The notes beneath the pieces were generated by a model that was given only the letters and a program-made list of their open reading frames with translations, did no database searches and was not told where the DNA came from. Both the position numbers and the translations under genes were made by a program. From assembly GCA_038245785.1 (NCBI GenBank), contig JBBRSB010000001.1:352001-416000 (forward strand): a stretch of 64,000 nucleotides of DNA. The letters are read 5' to 3'. Numbering within the stretch: the first letter of the stretch is position 1; every line of letters begins with the position of its first letter. Positions 30,855 to 41,886 of this stretch are shown piece after piece. This DNA is from Gloeobacterales cyanobacterium. Its GTDB lineage: Bacteria; Cyanobacteriota; Cyanobacteriia; Gloeobacterales; PMM-0068.

Positions 30855-31175
30855 TTAGAACAAACCAGGAATGCTCAGACCGCCCGTGAGTTCTGACATT
30901 TTGGTTTTCATCAGGTCAGCCGATTTATTGTAGGCATCCTTGAATGCAGAAAGAACGAGGTCTTCTACAAATTCTGGGGACTCTTTGAGGGCATCGGGTT
31001 TGATGACAAGGCTCAGAGGCTCTTGGTTGCCACTCATAGTCACGGTAACCAAACCACCGCCACTGCTGCCTTCCACCACGGCTTCAGCCAATTCATCTTG
31101 GACCCTGGCTGCATTCGCTTGAACTTGCTTTGCCTTTTTGAGGGCCTCTGAAAGCTGGCCAAATCCTTTAGTCAT
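30855..31175 (-). CDS. ybaB: YbaB/EbfC nucleoid-associated protein
   Basis: GSSGGGLVTVTMSG, EDLVLSA, LTGGL; upstream of recR. Confidence 0.9.
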   Translation of the reverse strand: MTKGFGQLSEALKKAKQVQANAARVQDELAEAVVEGSSGGGLVTVTMSGNQEPLSLVIKPDALKESPEFVEDLVLSAFKDAYNKSADLMKTKMSELTGGLSIPGLF

Positions 31176-31307
31176 GAGAAATTATCCTTTGCAACAGGGG
31201 TACATCACTCCATTTTACCCACTGGGCCGTCCATTTCTTAGCGGGGCTTGCGAACCGCAATCCCCAGCATCCGGTAAGATTTATATCTGACCCCTGGAGA
31301 TTGTGTT

Positions 31308-32300
31308 ATGGCCCGCATGTACTACGACGAGGATGCCAACCTCGACTATTTAAAAGGTAAGACCATTGCAGTGATTGGCTATGGCTCCCAAGGGCATGCC
31401 CACGCCCTCAATGCCAAGGACTCTGGTGCGAACGTAGTGATCGGGCTTTACGAAGGTTCACGCTCCACCGCTAAAGCAGAGAAAGAAGGATTGGCCGTCA
31501 AATCTGTAGGCGATGCTGTTGCCGCCGCCGATTTAATCATGATTTTGTTGCCTGATGAATCTCAGAAAGAAATTTTTGAAGCGGAAATTCGCCCGAACTT
31601 AGCGGCGGGTAAAGTTTTGGCTTTTGCCCACGGCTTTAACATCCACTTCTCCCAAGTCGTCCCTCCCAGTGATGTGGATGTAATCATGGTTGCTCCAAAA
31701 GGGCCTGGTCACTTGGTCCGTCGCCAATACGAAGAAGGTAGAGGCGTGCCTTGTCTGTTCGCCATTTATCAAGATGCGACGGGCAATGCCCGTGACATTG
31801 CGATGGCCTATGCCAAAGCAATTGGCGGTACACGGGCCGGGATCTTGGAAACCAGCTTCCGCGAAGAAACTGAAACAGACCTCTTTGGAGAGCAGGTAGT
31901 TCTGTGTGGTGGTTTGACGGCTCTGATTAAGTCTGGTTTTGACACTCTGGTCGAAGCAGGCTATCAGCCAGAACTGGCTTATTTTGAGTGTCTTCATGAA
32001 GTCAAGCTAATCGTCGATTTGATTGTCGAAGGCGGCTTGGCAAAAATGCGGGATTCAATCTCTAACACGGCTGAATATGGTGATTTGACCCGTGGGCCTC
32101 GCCTGGTGGATGACAACACCCGCAAAGAGATGCGCAAGATTCTGAACGAAATCCAAACCGGACAATTCGCTAAGGAATTCGTCTTGGAAAATCAATCGGG
32201 TAAAGCTGCTTTCAATGCCATGCGTCGTCGGGAAGCAGAACATCCGATTGAAGCGGTGGGTACGGAATTGCGCTCAATGATGAGCTGGCTGAAAAAGTAA
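31308..32300 (+). CDS. ilvC: Ketol-acid reductoisomerase
   Basis: [36 protein letters not shown]. Confidence 0.97.
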   Translation: MARMYYDEDANLDYLKGKTIAVIGYGSQGHAHALNAKDSGANVVIGLYEGSRSTAKAEKEGLAVKSVGDAVAAADLIMILLPDESQKEIFEAEIRPNLAAGKVLAFAHGFNIHFSQVVPPSDVDVIMVAPKGPGHLVRRQYEEGRGVPCLFAIYQDATGNARDIAMAYAKAIGGTRAGILETSFREETETDLFGEQVVLCGGLTALIKSGFDTLVEAGYQPELAYFECLHEVKLIVDLIVEGGLAKMRDSISNTAEYGDLTRGPRLVDDNTRKEMRKILNEIQTGQFAKEFVLENQSGKAAFNAMRRREAEHPIEAVGTELRSMMSWLKK

Positions 32301-32317
32301 GCTAAGCCTGTTTTTTT

Positions 32318-32352
32318 AAACCCTGGATTCAGCTGCGAATCCAGGGTTTTTT
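32318..32352 (+). terminator. Intrinsic terminator of ilvC
   Basis: AAACCCTGGATTC-AGCTGC-GAATCCAGGGTTT followed by a T-tract. Confidence 0.85.
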
Positions 32353-32423
32353 GTGGCTGGTTGGTGAGAATTTTTTGCTGGTCCGGGGAAGACTATCACT
32401 ATGACGAGGGGAAGAGAAAAAGA

Positions 32424-33458
32424 GTGATTCTCAAAGAGCTAGATCCATTTATCTCAGAAGATAGGTTTGAAAGGGCTGGCCGAGTGGCTGAAGAACAACT
32501 AGCCTTTTATCTCCGTCGAGCTTTTGTAGACGACAAAGACATTCTCGTATTCAATAATCTCCGCTTTGAAAAAGATGATGATGCAGCACAGATAGATCAT
32601 TTAGTTCTCCATAAATATGGAATGATCATTGTTGAGAGTAAGAGTGTAACGACCAAGGTTGAAGTTAATGAATGGGAAGAGTGGAGCCGTTGGTTTGACA
32701 ATTCTTCTAAAGGAATACCCTCTCCTATCCAGCAAGCTAAAAGACAGGGTGAATTCCTAAGAAGCTATTTAAATCAGTTTGCCCCTGTCCTTTTAGGTAA
32801 GTCCTTTCTAGGACAAAGTCGCTTTGGGAGAATGCCTATTGATCACATCGTAGCTATATCTGATTCTGGAATTATTGAGCGTCCCAAAATAGCTTCTTTA
32901 GAAGAAATATGTAAAGCAGATCAAGTGCCAGACCGAGTGAGACTAATTTTTGAGAGATGGTCTAAAGCCAGTAGACTTTTTACTTTTGATTTGAAAAAAG
33001 GAGGCTATGAACTGTACAAAGATGAAATTACTAATATAAGCAAATTTCTGATTGAAAAAAATGAGCCATTACTTCTGCAAACATTATCTAAAGAAGCTCC
33101 TGTAGCTAAAGCAGCTCCGAGGTCATTAACACTAGAGAGAGAAATACTGGAATCCTCAAAGGATGAACTTAGATCTTCCTATAGCAAGCCTTCAATTATA
33201 AAAAAGCAGCATTCACAAGTGGCTCATGTCGAGGAAGTGAAAGTTTGTGGATATTGCAAGAGCAGTGAGCTAGCTATAGAGTATGGTTATAACTACTATT
33301 TTAAGTGCCTTAAATGTGAAAAAAATACCACGATAAAACCCATTTGTACAGTATGTAATAAGAATGGGAAGATTCGTAAAAAGGGAAGAGAATTTTATCT
33401 GGACTGTGCTCAATGTAAAACTTCTAAATTGTTTTATACAAATCCGGTAGTCCAATAG
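32424..33458 (+). CDS. NERD-domain nuclease with C-terminal zinc ribbons
   Basis: G..AE, QIDHLVL..G.IIVESK, SPIQQ; four CxxC pairs at the C-terminus; AT-rich. Confidence 0.8.
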   Translation: MILKELDPFISEDRFERAGRVAEEQLAFYLRRAFVDDKDILVFNNLRFEKDDDAAQIDHLVLHKYGMIIVESKSVTTKVEVNEWEEWSRWFDNSSKGIPSPIQQAKRQGEFLRSYLNQFAPVLLGKSFLGQSRFGRMPIDHIVAISDSGIIERPKIASLEEICKADQVPDRVRLIFERWSKASRLFTFDLKKGGYELYKDEITNISKFLIEKNEPLLLQTLSKEAPVAKAAPRSLTLEREILESSKDELRSSYSKPSIIKKQHSQVAHVEEVKVCGYCKSSELAIEYGYNYYFKCLKCEKNTTIKPICTVCNKNGKIRKKGREFYLDCAQCKTSKLFYTNPVVQ

Positions 33459-33594
33459 TTTGCCCCCCTAGCCACCCTTAGCGCAGCTTCCCGTTGGCGT
33501 TCGTGTAGCGCTCTGTAAGAGACAGCCTGCCGAAGGTGCAGGTTACTATAGATTTCAATTCAGAACCACCCAAGATTGGGCAGGACTGATTAAT

Positions 33595-33635
33595 ACCCCT
33601 CAGGCCCTACGGGCCAGCTCCCCTTAAGGGGAGCC
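33595..33635 (+). repeat. Solo copy of the double-hairpin terminal repeat
   Basis: ACCCCTCAGGCCCTACGGGCCAGCTCCCCTTAAGGGGAGCC matches copies at 37255, 37456, 55901 and 56274. Confidence 0.85.
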
Positions 33636-33688
33636 TCCTCTGGAGGCAGAAAGATAGCGTTGCATTGTAGCCTTTCGACAAGAGTGAA

Positions 33689-34300
33689 TCAGCCCTGAAT
33701 ACTGGGGAGCAGGGGGGCCTCAGGAAAAACGTTCATTAAATTTAGCGATAAGTCTGGAAAGTAAGGCAAGATAATAGCCTCATCAGATAAAAATATTCGT
33801 TTCGTACGATAGCTAAAATTCTTTTGGGGATTGCGATAGGGGCCGCTATAAACTTCCAGATGCTTTTCTTGTAAGTTGATAATCCAATAGTCAGAGATGG
33901 CAGCTTCAGCGTATAGAGCTAACTTAACTTGCTGATCAAAATTCAGCGTAGAATCAGAAATTTCGATCACCCAAAAAATATCAGAGGGACCGGGGTGAGC
34001 ACTCAGATAGTCATCAGGATGGTTTCGTACAATCGCATAATCAGGCTCAGGAGAACTGTCTGGAGGTATGACGATCGGCTCTTGCCCCCGGAGCGTTGCA
34101 CGCTCTCCTAAGATTTTGAGTAATTCTCGGTTCAAACGGGTGCTACAGACTGAATGAGCGGTGCCTTTAGCTGCCATTTCAATAATTTGTCCGTAAATTA
34201 GCTCAACACGTTTATTCCCGAGGAAAAACCCCAACGCTCCGAGACGATTGTACTCATCTAGAGAAAAGCGTTTAACCGTAGCGAAGGCTGTATTGATCAT
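33689..34300 (-). CDS. Uma2-family endonuclease
   Basis: RVELIYG.I.EM, PEPDYAI, VIEISDSTL..D...K..LYA, YWIINL. Confidence 0.88.
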   Translation of the reverse strand: MINTAFATVKRFSLDEYNRLGALGFFLGNKRVELIYGQIIEMAAKGTAHSVCSTRLNRELLKILGERATLRGQEPIVIPPDSSPEPDYAIVRNHPDDYLSAHPGPSDIFWVIEISDSTLNFDQQVKLALYAEAAISDYWIINLQEKHLEVYSGPYRNPQKNFSYRTKRIFLSDEAIILPYFPDLSLNLMNVFPEAPLLPSIQG

Positions 34301-34307
34301 CTCGTCA

Positions 34308-36362
34308 CTAACGCCCTAATAACCGCTCTCTAAGCTTTTTAATCTGGTCTCGATGCTCTGCCGCCTTCTCAAAATCTAGCTTCTTAGCCGCTTCCTTCAT
34401 CTGAGTTTCCAGTTGGCTAACTAAGAGAGGAACGTCTTCCAAAGGAATTTCTGAGACTTTTTCAACAGCAGTTTCTAGCTCTTTATCATTGAGTTTGCGA
34501 GAGGCTGCCAGAAAATTGAGAATGCTGTTGCCCCCCGTCTTTTTGACAATCGACTTGGGCGTAATGTGGTGCTTTTCGTTGTAGGCCATTTGAATATTTC
34601 TACGTCGCTCTGTTTCTCGGATCGCTCGGTCCATAGAATTGGTGACGCGGTTAGCGTACATAATCACTTGTCCCCGCACGTTACGGGCAGCCCTGCCAAT
34701 AGTCTGAATCAGAGAACGTTCGGCGCGTAAGAAGCCTTCTTTGTCCGCATCCAGAATAGCGACCAAAGAAACCTCAGGCAAGTCTAGTCCTTCTCGAAGT
34801 AAGTTAACGCCAATCAAGACATCAAATTCCCCTTCTCGCAGGGCTTGCAGGATTTCAATCCGTTCGATTGCTTGAATCTCAGAGTGAAGATAACGGACTA
34901 AGACCCCGCGTTCTTGGAAATACTCTGTCAGGTCCTCGGCCATCCGTTTGGTCAGCGTCGTTACTAAGACCCGCTCGTGGAGATTCACCCGCTGGCGAAT
35001 TTCATCCAAAAGGTCATCCACCTGTCCTTCGGTAGGCCGAATGAAAATCTCTGGGTCTAAAACACCCGTAGGCCGAATCACCTGTTGAGCAACATAGCCG
35101 CCTGAAACACGATTCTCAGCATCATATTTCGCTTCAGAACGTTCTAGCTCCCATAGGCCAGGAGTGGCAGAGACAAAAATAGTCTGGGGAACCATGTTCC
35201 AGAATTCCTCTGATTTCAACGGACGGTTATCCGCTGCTGAAGGAAGCCTGAATCCGTAGTCGATTAAAACTTTCTTTCGGGCCTGGTCCCCGTTAAACAT
35301 GCCCCGAATTTGCGGCACGGTGACATGGGATTCATCCACCACCAGAAGCCAATCATCTGGAAAGTAGTCCACCAAGCAAGAAGGAGCCTCCCCTGGAGCC
35401 CGCCCCGTCAGGTGACGACTATAGTTTTCAATGCCATTGCAGTAACCCACTTCGCGCAGCATCTCCAAGTCGTATTTCGTGCGCTGAGCAATACGCTGGG
35501 CTTCCAGAAGCTTATTCTGACTCTCCAGCTCTGCAACCCGTTCTTCTAACTCTTGGGCAATGGCGGCACAGGCCCGTTCCAGTTGTTCTTTGGGCGTGAC
35601 GAAGTGTTTCGCTGGATAGATATTCAGTCCCGTGACACTACTCAAAATCTCGCCACTGACAGGATCTAGCCAACGGATAGCTTCTATTTCATCTCCGAAA
35701 AACTCTATCCGGACAATCCGGTCTTCATAGGCGGGGCCAATTTCTACTACATCCCCACGCACCCGGAAATGGCCTCGGCCCATCTCCACATCATTGCGGT
35801 CATATTGGACCGTGACGAGTCGGCGCAGCAGTTCACGCTGGTCTAGCTGGGCTCCTACTTTGAGGGAAACGGCCTGCTTCAGATATTCTTCCGGCATGCC
35901 CAGACCGTAGATGCAAGAAACAGAGGCCACCACAATCACATCTTTGCGCTCAAAGAGGTTGCGGGTTGCTGAGTGGCGCAGCATATCAATTTCGTCATTG
36001 ATTGCGGCAGACTTTTCGATAAAAGTATCAGTCCGAGGAATATAGGCTTCTGGCTGATAGTAATCGTAGTAACTGACAAAATATTCCACTGCATTCTCAG
36101 GAAAAAATTCCCTCAGTTCATTGCACAGCTGGGCCGCCAGGGTTTTGTTATGGGCTAGGACCAGGGTTGGTTTTCCTACCCGTTCAATGACATGGGCAAT
36201 GCTAAAAGTTTTTCCTGTCCCTGTTGCGCCTAAAAGGGTCTGGGAAGGAATGCCACTGTTACAATTTTGACTCAAAAATTCGATAGCCTGTGGCTGGTCT
36301 CCCAAGGGGGCGTAGGATGAGGTTAAAGCATAGGGCGATGGTGCGATGAGTCGTTCTATCAC
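34308..36362 (-). CDS. uvrB: Excinuclease ABC subunit B
   Basis: [32 protein letters not shown]-terminal UVR domain. Confidence 0.97.
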   Translation of the reverse strand: MIERLIAPSPYALTSSYAPLGDQPQAIEFLSQNCNSGIPSQTLLGATGTGKTFSIAHVIERVGKPTLVLAHNKTLAAQLCNELREFFPENAVEYFVSYYDYYQPEAYIPRTDTFIEKSAAINDEIDMLRHSATRNLFERKDVIVVASVSCIYGLGMPEEYLKQAVSLKVGAQLDQRELLRRLVTVQYDRNDVEMGRGHFRVRGDVVEIGPAYEDRIVRIEFFGDEIEAIRWLDPVSGEILSSVTGLNIYPAKHFVTPKEQLERACAAIAQELEERVAELESQNKLLEAQRIAQRTKYDLEMLREVGYCNGIENYSRHLTGRAPGEAPSCLVDYFPDDWLLVVDESHVTVPQIRGMFNGDQARKKVLIDYGFRLPSAADNRPLKSEEFWNMVPQTIFVSATPGLWELERSEAKYDAENRVSGGYVAQQVIRPTGVLDPEIFIRPTEGQVDDLLDEIRQRVNLHERVLVTTLTKRMAEDLTEYFQERGVLVRYLHSEIQAIERIEILQALREGEFDVLIGVNLLREGLDLPEVSLVAILDADKEGFLRAERSLIQTIGRAARNVRGQVIMYANRVTNSMDRAIRETERRRNIQMAYNEKHHITPKSIVKKTGGNSILNFLAASRKLNDKELETAVEKVSEIPLEDVPLLVSQLETQMKEAAKKLDFEKAAEHRDQIKKLRERLLGR

Positions 36363-36545
36363 AGGGATAACCTCGGTCTCAAGGGGGATAGTGGCTATTC
36401 TTATATGTTAGTTTGTCCTCAAGTATAGCTATATTTACTCTATGCAGGCTAGCGTCGGAAGGATGAATAGCGCTCTTCTTCCGTGGTCGGATATAATCCA
36501 ACCTCAGAGCTAGAATCTATCTGGGCAGGATATTAAAGGTTTGCG

Positions 36546-37250
36546 ATGGATATATTGGTCATTGAAGACGACGAAACCGTAGGCAAGCTTCTTGAAATTG
36601 TACTTAAACAAGAAGGATTTACAGCCCGTTTTGCCAAGAATGGCCTTACAGGGCTCAAAGCTTTTGAAGAAGTCAGTCCTGATGTGGTCCTGCTTGATTG
36701 GATGTTGCCAGGTCTAGATGGTCTGGAAGTCTGCCAGCGGATGCGCGCTTTGCCTGGAGGCAATAAGCCCTACATTATGATGCTCACCTCCCGTGACGAT
36801 GAAACGGATAAGGTGATTGGTCTTTCCACGGGCGCTGATGACTATCTGATTAAGCCTTTTAGTCCGAAGGAACTGATCGCGCGCATCCGAGCGCTTGTGC
36901 GCCGCTCTCAGCGAGAAGAAGCAAAGACCGCTTCTCATGTTCTTAGGTCTGGTCATTTCAAGGTCGACCTTGATGGTCGTATTGCCCAGAAAGGGGAAGA
37001 GTCTCTTGTGCTCACGGCCTTAGAATTGGACCTGCTCGCTACTTTTGTAACTCAGCCCAACCGCGTATGGACCCGAGACCAACTGATCAATCGGCTGTGG
37101 GGAGATGATTTCTTCGGGGATGAGCGGGTTGTAGACACTCATGTGGCCCGTCTGCGCAAAAAAATTGAAGAGGACCCGGCTCATCCTGAGTTCTTGAGAA
37201 CGGTCATTGGCGTTGGCTACAAATTTGTAGATAGCGCTACGGGTGATTAG
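36546..37250 (+). CDS. OmpR-family response regulator
   Basis: IEDD, LLDWMLP, GADDYLIKPF, wHTH VDTHVARLRKK..TVIGVGY. Confidence 0.92.
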   Translation: MDILVIEDDETVGKLLEIVLKQEGFTARFAKNGLTGLKAFEEVSPDVVLLDWMLPGLDGLEVCQRMRALPGGNKPYIMMLTSRDDETDKVIGLSTGADDYLIKPFSPKELIARIRALVRRSQREEAKTASHVLRSGHFKVDLDGRIAQKGEESLVLTALELDLLATFVTQPNRVWTRDQLINRLWGDDFFGDERVVDTHVARLRKKIEEDPAHPEFLRTVIGVGYKFVDSATGD

Positions 37251-37254
37251 TCCA

Positions 37255-37497
37255 ACCCCTCAGTCCCTACGGGACAGCTCCCCTCGAAGGGGAGCCTCTT
37301 CTGAGACAAGAAAGCTGTGGGGGTAGGGTTAGAACTGTAGGGAATGCAATAACCCTACCCGAACAAGCTCATCTCTAGAGTCTACAAGAAGCAGTGAGCT
37401 ATCGCTTTGGCACCGTCTACAGCCAAATCCAAGCCATCCTTCTCCTTCCAGAATAGGCTCCCCTTAAAGGGGAGCTGTCCCGTAGGGACTGAGGGGT
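37255..37497 (+). mobile_element. MITE-like element with ~42-bp palindromic inverted ends; internally deleted DUF559-like derivative
   Basis: Inverted ends at 37255-37296 and 37456-37497; interior matches the 5' and 3' ends of the relic at 55901-56337. Confidence 0.7.
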
Positions 37498-37621
37498 ATC
37501 TTCCTCAGGGGGGATGCGCAAAACCAATTCTTCTATGTGAAATCTTTGCGTCACACCAGAGACACAGACTCGTCAAACCATACCACTAAGATTTCATCAA
37601 GAGTTAATTGAGACACATGCT

Positions 37622-38467
37622 ATGGCCAATCATCACGATGCTCTGGGGACGTATTTAAGCGGTATTGGTAGATTGCCTTTGCTAAGTCATGAAGATGAGG
37701 TACTTTTCGCCCGCCAAGCCAAGCAAGGGGGAGCCCTTGGTCGTAGAGCACGCGATATTCTGGTGACAAGTAACCTAAGATTAGTACTTCATATTGCTAA
37801 GAAATATCAGTACCGAGGCTTGGATTTAGCCGAATTGGTCCAGGAAGGTAATCTGGGCTTGATGCGGGCCGTAGATAAATTTGACCCGGAGAAAGGATAT
37901 CGCTTTAGCACCTATGCCTACTGGTGGGTCCGTCAAAGCATTACCCGTGGCATTGCCGAAAAGTCTCGCACGATTAGACTCCCTGTCCACATGGTAGAAA
38001 AGGCCAACCATTTTCGTTCTGCTGTCCAAAATTTTGTGAATAGCCATCACCGCAATCCAACCCATAAAGAGTTGATCCATAACTTGGGGTTTGATGAGGA
38101 AACTGTAGATTTGTTGCTCAGAGGTTTGCGCACTCCCTGGAGCCTGGACCAGCCGATGGGAAATTCAGAAGAATATTCTTCTCTGAGCCAGGTGTTACCA
38201 GCCGAGGGCATTGACCCACTCGACAGTCTGGAGCACGAAGGGGAAGTGTCAGAACTGATGGAAGGACTCACACCGACCGAAAGAAAGGCGATCAACCTCC
38301 TCTTTGGTTTAGAGTCTAGAGAACCTTTGGAGACAGACCAAGTCGGCAAAATTCTGGGGGTTAGCCGTGAGCGGGTCCGCCAGCTCAAGTCCCAAGCGCT
38401 CAAGAAGATGCGTGGTCGACTGGAAGCAACAGAACAGGCCCAGAAAGAAACAGCGATTTGTGCTTAG
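37622..38467 (+). CDS. Group 2-like sigma-70 factor
   Basis: YLSGIGRLPLL, NLRLVLHIAKKY, KFDPEKGYRFSTYAYWWVRQ, SRERVRQL. Confidence 0.9.
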   Translation: MANHHDALGTYLSGIGRLPLLSHEDEVLFARQAKQGGALGRRARDILVTSNLRLVLHIAKKYQYRGLDLAELVQEGNLGLMRAVDKFDPEKGYRFSTYAYWWVRQSITRGIAEKSRTIRLPVHMVEKANHFRSAVQNFVNSHHRNPTHKELIHNLGFDEETVDLLLRGLRTPWSLDQPMGNSEEYSSLSQVLPAEGIDPLDSLEHEGEVSELMEGLTPTERKAINLLFGLESREPLETDQVGKILGVSRERVRQLKSQALKKMRGRLEATEQAQKETAICA

Positions 38468-38555
38468 ATGCGTTGTCTCTGGCTCCTGATTTCCCCTCGC
38501 TTTTTTCTTCGAGCATGGGTAAATTGGGGGCCATTTCAAGGGACGATAGAGCGCT

Positions 38556-38930
38556 ATGAGCCAAGACTATATCTATATCAAACGACTTCCCTGCTGGGGA
38601 TACACCGGAGTTTTGGCTCCAGAACGGGAGCTAGGCCGTGTTTTTTACCTCGATTTGGCCCTTTCGGTAGATACAAAACAGGCAGCTAAGCACGACGACT
38701 TAAGTAAAACAGTGGACTATGGGAAACTGGCGGTAGCCGTTCAAAAACAGGTGCGAGAATCCCATTTTTTCCTATTAGAAACTCTAGCGGACCATCTAGC
38801 CCAGTTCATCCTCCGTGATCCCTTAGTTTTAGAGGTTCGCTTGAGCATTACTAAACCCCAGTTACCTATCCCAGACTGCTATGGGGAAGCTTGTATAGAA
38901 ATTTTGAGGACACGGGAAGACTATAGATAG
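38556..38930 (+). CDS. folB: Dihydroneopterin aldolase
   Basis: GYTGV..PER.LG, DDL..TVDY, LLETLA, ITKP. Confidence 0.9.
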   Translation: MSQDYIYIKRLPCWGYTGVLAPERELGRVFYLDLALSVDTKQAAKHDDLSKTVDYGKLAVAVQKQVRESHFFLLETLADHLAQFILRDPLVLEVRLSITKPQLPIPDCYGEACIEILRTREDYR

Positions 38931-39074
38931 GCACACCGTAAACGTGGGCAATGGGGCTTTCTATGATTTTTTGTTATCAGGAATGCCTGCTATCTTCGTA
39001 AAAGTTTATCGTCATCCTCTTTTCAGAACTTAACAAAATTAGGTACAGTAGGTAACAGCATCTAGGGGCGTGTG

Positions 39075-41207
39075 ATGAGGAGCAAGCTAGAACGTGGAAA
39101 AAGTTATCTACTGACCTTATCTTTTCTGGCATTGGTAGCAGGAAGTGCGGCTTTTCCTTTCATGGCGCTCAATTCTTGGGCTAAGAGTGGCAAGTCTGGT
39201 TTAGAAGTTGCAGCGCCTCCTCCTGATTTTGCCAAAGCAGAGCAGATGAGTACCCCTGCTGAACGCATTACTCGTCTCCAAGCAGTGGGCCAAAGTTTAA
39301 AGAGTCCTTTGGACCAGGCGCGCACACGTTTCCTATTAGCCCATTCCTATCTAGAGCAAAAGAATTCGACGGCGGCCCAAGATGCGCTGGAAGGGCTCAA
39401 ACATCCTGTCCTAGAGGGATGGATTCTGGCTAAACAAGCCGAAATCTTGGGCCAACAGGGGAACAAAGCCCAAGCATTGGCTAAGTGGCAACAAGTCTTG
39501 ACTGAAGATGCGGGTGGTTTTCCTGTGCCTGAAGCCCTCTATCAGCGAGGTCTTTTGGGCGATCAAGCCAGTTGGAATGAGCTCTTAGAAAGCTATCCAA
39601 AGCATGCTCGGGCTGCTGATGTCTTGCGGGTGCGGCTGCAGGCAAAACCTGATAACGTCCCCACCCTCAGTCAGTTTGTGCGCAACTTTCCTAATGAGCC
39701 GGATAGTCTGAGTTTCGCCCGTCAGCGAGAGAAATTAGGGACGCTGGCTCCGCAAGATGGACAGGGGATTGGGATGATCTATCTCCGTCAAAAGCTTTAC
39801 CGAGAGGCGGCGCAAGCTCTTTCTATAGCTCCTGCGACTCCAGAGAACCTGCTCGCTCTGGGCACATCCTTAAAAGCAGTGCGCGACCCCGCTGCCGTCA
39901 GTGCTTTTGACCGTGTCATGGCACTCGCTCCTCGGAGTGAAGAAGCCGTTGATGCCCTTTTTGAGAAAGCGGAAGTGCTCCGGGGTGATGCAGGCAGGCA
40001 AGTCTACCAACAAATTGCTCAGCAATATCCTGAACATGCGGCTGAAGCGATGGTTGCTCTGGCCAAGACGGGCAACAAAGCCGAAAGGTTACAGGGCTAC
40101 CAACGAGTTCTGGATTCCTACAGTAACGGTGCAGAAGCGGCAGAAGCCGCTTGGGAGCTAGCTTGGGATAAAGCTAAGCAAGGCGATACGAAAGGTGCCT
40201 ATGAGACAGCACGCAAAACCATTGACACCATTCCAGACCAGTACCGCTATTCACCAATGGCTATGTTTTGGGCGGGCCGTTGGGCAGAACAACTAGGCGA
40301 CACAGGAGCGGCCAGAAATGCTTGGAAGGAAGTTCTCAAGCGTCATCCCAATACCTACTATGCCTGGCGTGCTGCCGTGCACCTAGGGATGGATGTGGGC
40401 AGTTTCTATAACCGTCAGTTGCCCTATGTCCACACGATTGACCAGACTAGGCCGCCTACCGTTTTGGCTGGTTCTGGAGTCGTCAAAGAACTCTATGGTT
40501 TGGGACTGGAGCCAGAAGCCTCCATGCAGTGGAAGTCAGAGATGTACCTCGTGGCTTCTGAGAAGATGACCCCGGCCCAACAGGCCACGGATGCAGTCTT
40601 TACAGGCCAGGCCGGGCAGCATCTTGCCGCCATCAAACAGCTCAATCTGATCAATCGCAACCTCAAGGATTCCCAAGTCTTAGAGCTGCGCAAAGACCCT
40701 GCCTTTTGGCAAGCCGTCTATCCCCTCTATTACTGGAAATCTGTAGACCAGTGGAGTGCAGCCAATGGCGTCAATCCGCTGATGGTTCAAGGATTGATTC
40801 GTCAGGAATCTGGTTTTGATTCATCCATCCGTTCCCGGACGGGAGCACAGGGATTGATGCAGATTATGCCCGGCACAGGACAAGGGATTGCCCGTAGTCT
40901 AGGGGTTGCTGGTGGAAGCCTGACTGATCCTGAGACCAATATTCGCTTCGGGACCTGGTATTTAGCGTCTACCCATCGCCGCTGGCAAGATAATTCCCTC
41001 CTGGCCGTGGCTAGCTACAATGCCGGACCAGGCAATGTGGCAAAATGGACGGGCTCTTCCACTTTGTCAGACCCGGAAACGTTTATCGAGAATATTCCCT
41101 TTCAGGAAACTCGGGGCTATGTTAAATCGGTGTTTGGCAACTACTGGAACTACCTCAGGCTCTACAGCCCAGAAATTGCCTCGCGGGTCCGTTCTTTAGA
41201 GAAGTAG
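39075..41207 (+). CDS. Soluble lytic transglycosylase with TPR-like repeats
   Basis: IRQES.F, GLMQIMP, ASYNAGPG, ETRGYVK. Confidence 0.9.
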   Translation: MRSKLERGKSYLLTLSFLALVAGSAAFPFMALNSWAKSGKSGLEVAAPPPDFAKAEQMSTPAERITRLQAVGQSLKSPLDQARTRFLLAHSYLEQKNSTAAQDALEGLKHPVLEGWILAKQAEILGQQGNKAQALAKWQQVLTEDAGGFPVPEALYQRGLLGDQASWNELLESYPKHARAADVLRVRLQAKPDNVPTLSQFVRNFPNEPDSLSFARQREKLGTLAPQDGQGIGMIYLRQKLYREAAQALSIAPATPENLLALGTSLKAVRDPAAVSAFDRVMALAPRSEEAVDALFEKAEVLRGDAGRQVYQQIAQQYPEHAAEAMVALAKTGNKAERLQGYQRVLDSYSNGAEAAEAAWELAWDKAKQGDTKGAYETARKTIDTIPDQYRYSPMAMFWAGRWAEQLGDTGAARNAWKEVLKRHPNTYYAWRAAVHLGMDVGSFYNRQLPYVHTIDQTRPPTVLAGSGVVKELYGLGLEPEASMQWKSEMYLVASEKMTPAQQATDAVFTGQAGQHLAAIKQLNLINRNLKDSQVLELRKDPAFWQAVYPLYYWKSVDQWSAANGVNPLMVQGLIRQESGFDSSIRSRTGAQGLMQIMPGTGQGIARSLGVAGGSLTDPETNIRFGTWYLASTHRRWQDNSLLAVASYNAGPGNVAKWTGSSTLSDPETFIENIPFQETRGYVKSVFGNYWNYLRLYSPEIASRVRSLEK

Positions 41208-41214
41208 GTCCCTT

Positions 41215-41886
41215 GTGCGCATCGATGTTTTGACGTTGTTTCCAGAATTCTTCGCGAGCCCTATGGCTGCAAGTCTTCTGGGAAAGGCCCTGAAAAGTGA
41301 ACGGGTTGCGGTGCACTGCACCAATTTTCGAGACTATACTACCGACAAGCATCGCACCGTAGATGACGTGCCCTATGGCGGTGGCGTGGGCATGGTCCTC
41401 AAGCCGGAGCCCTTATTCGCTGCGGTTGAAGCTCTGCCAAGCTTGCCTCCCCGTGAAATCATTCTGCTGACGCCCCAAGGCGAACCCTTGAAGCAAGAGC
41501 ATTTTCAAGAATTTAGCCAACTCCAACAGTTGGTCTTGATCTGTGGGCATTATGAGGGCGTGGATGAGCGCGTCCGGGAACATTTGGTCACCCGTGAGAT
41601 TTCTTTGGGAGACTTTGTATTGACGGGTGGAGAAATCCCAGCATTGGCCCTGATTGATGGGGTGATACGCCTTCTGCCCGGCACCGTGGGCAAAGCAAAA
41701 TCCCTTGTGGAAGAAAGCTTTGAAGGCGGCCTTTTAGAATATCCGCACTATACGAGGCCCCCAGAGTTTCGGGGTTGGCAAGTCCCTGAAGTCTTGCGTT
41801 CTGGGAACCACAAAGCTATTGCTCAATGGCGAAAAGAGCAGCGACAGACCCGGACCCAAGCGCGCCGCCCTGATTTACTTGCTTGA
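41215..41886 (+). CDS. trmD: tRNA (guanine37-N1) methyltransferase
   Basis: DDVPYGGGVGMV, CGHYEGVDER, SLGDFVLTGGE, YPHYTRP. Confidence 0.96.
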   Translation: MRIDVLTLFPEFFASPMAASLLGKALKSERVAVHCTNFRDYTTDKHRTVDDVPYGGGVGMVLKPEPLFAAVEALPSLPPREIILLTPQGEPLKQEHFQEFSQLQQLVLICGHYEGVDERVREHLVTREISLGDFVLTGGEIPALALIDGVIRLLPGTVGKAKSLVEESFEGGLLEYPHYTRPPEFRGWQVPEVLRSGNHKAIAQWRKEQRQTRTQARRPDLLA

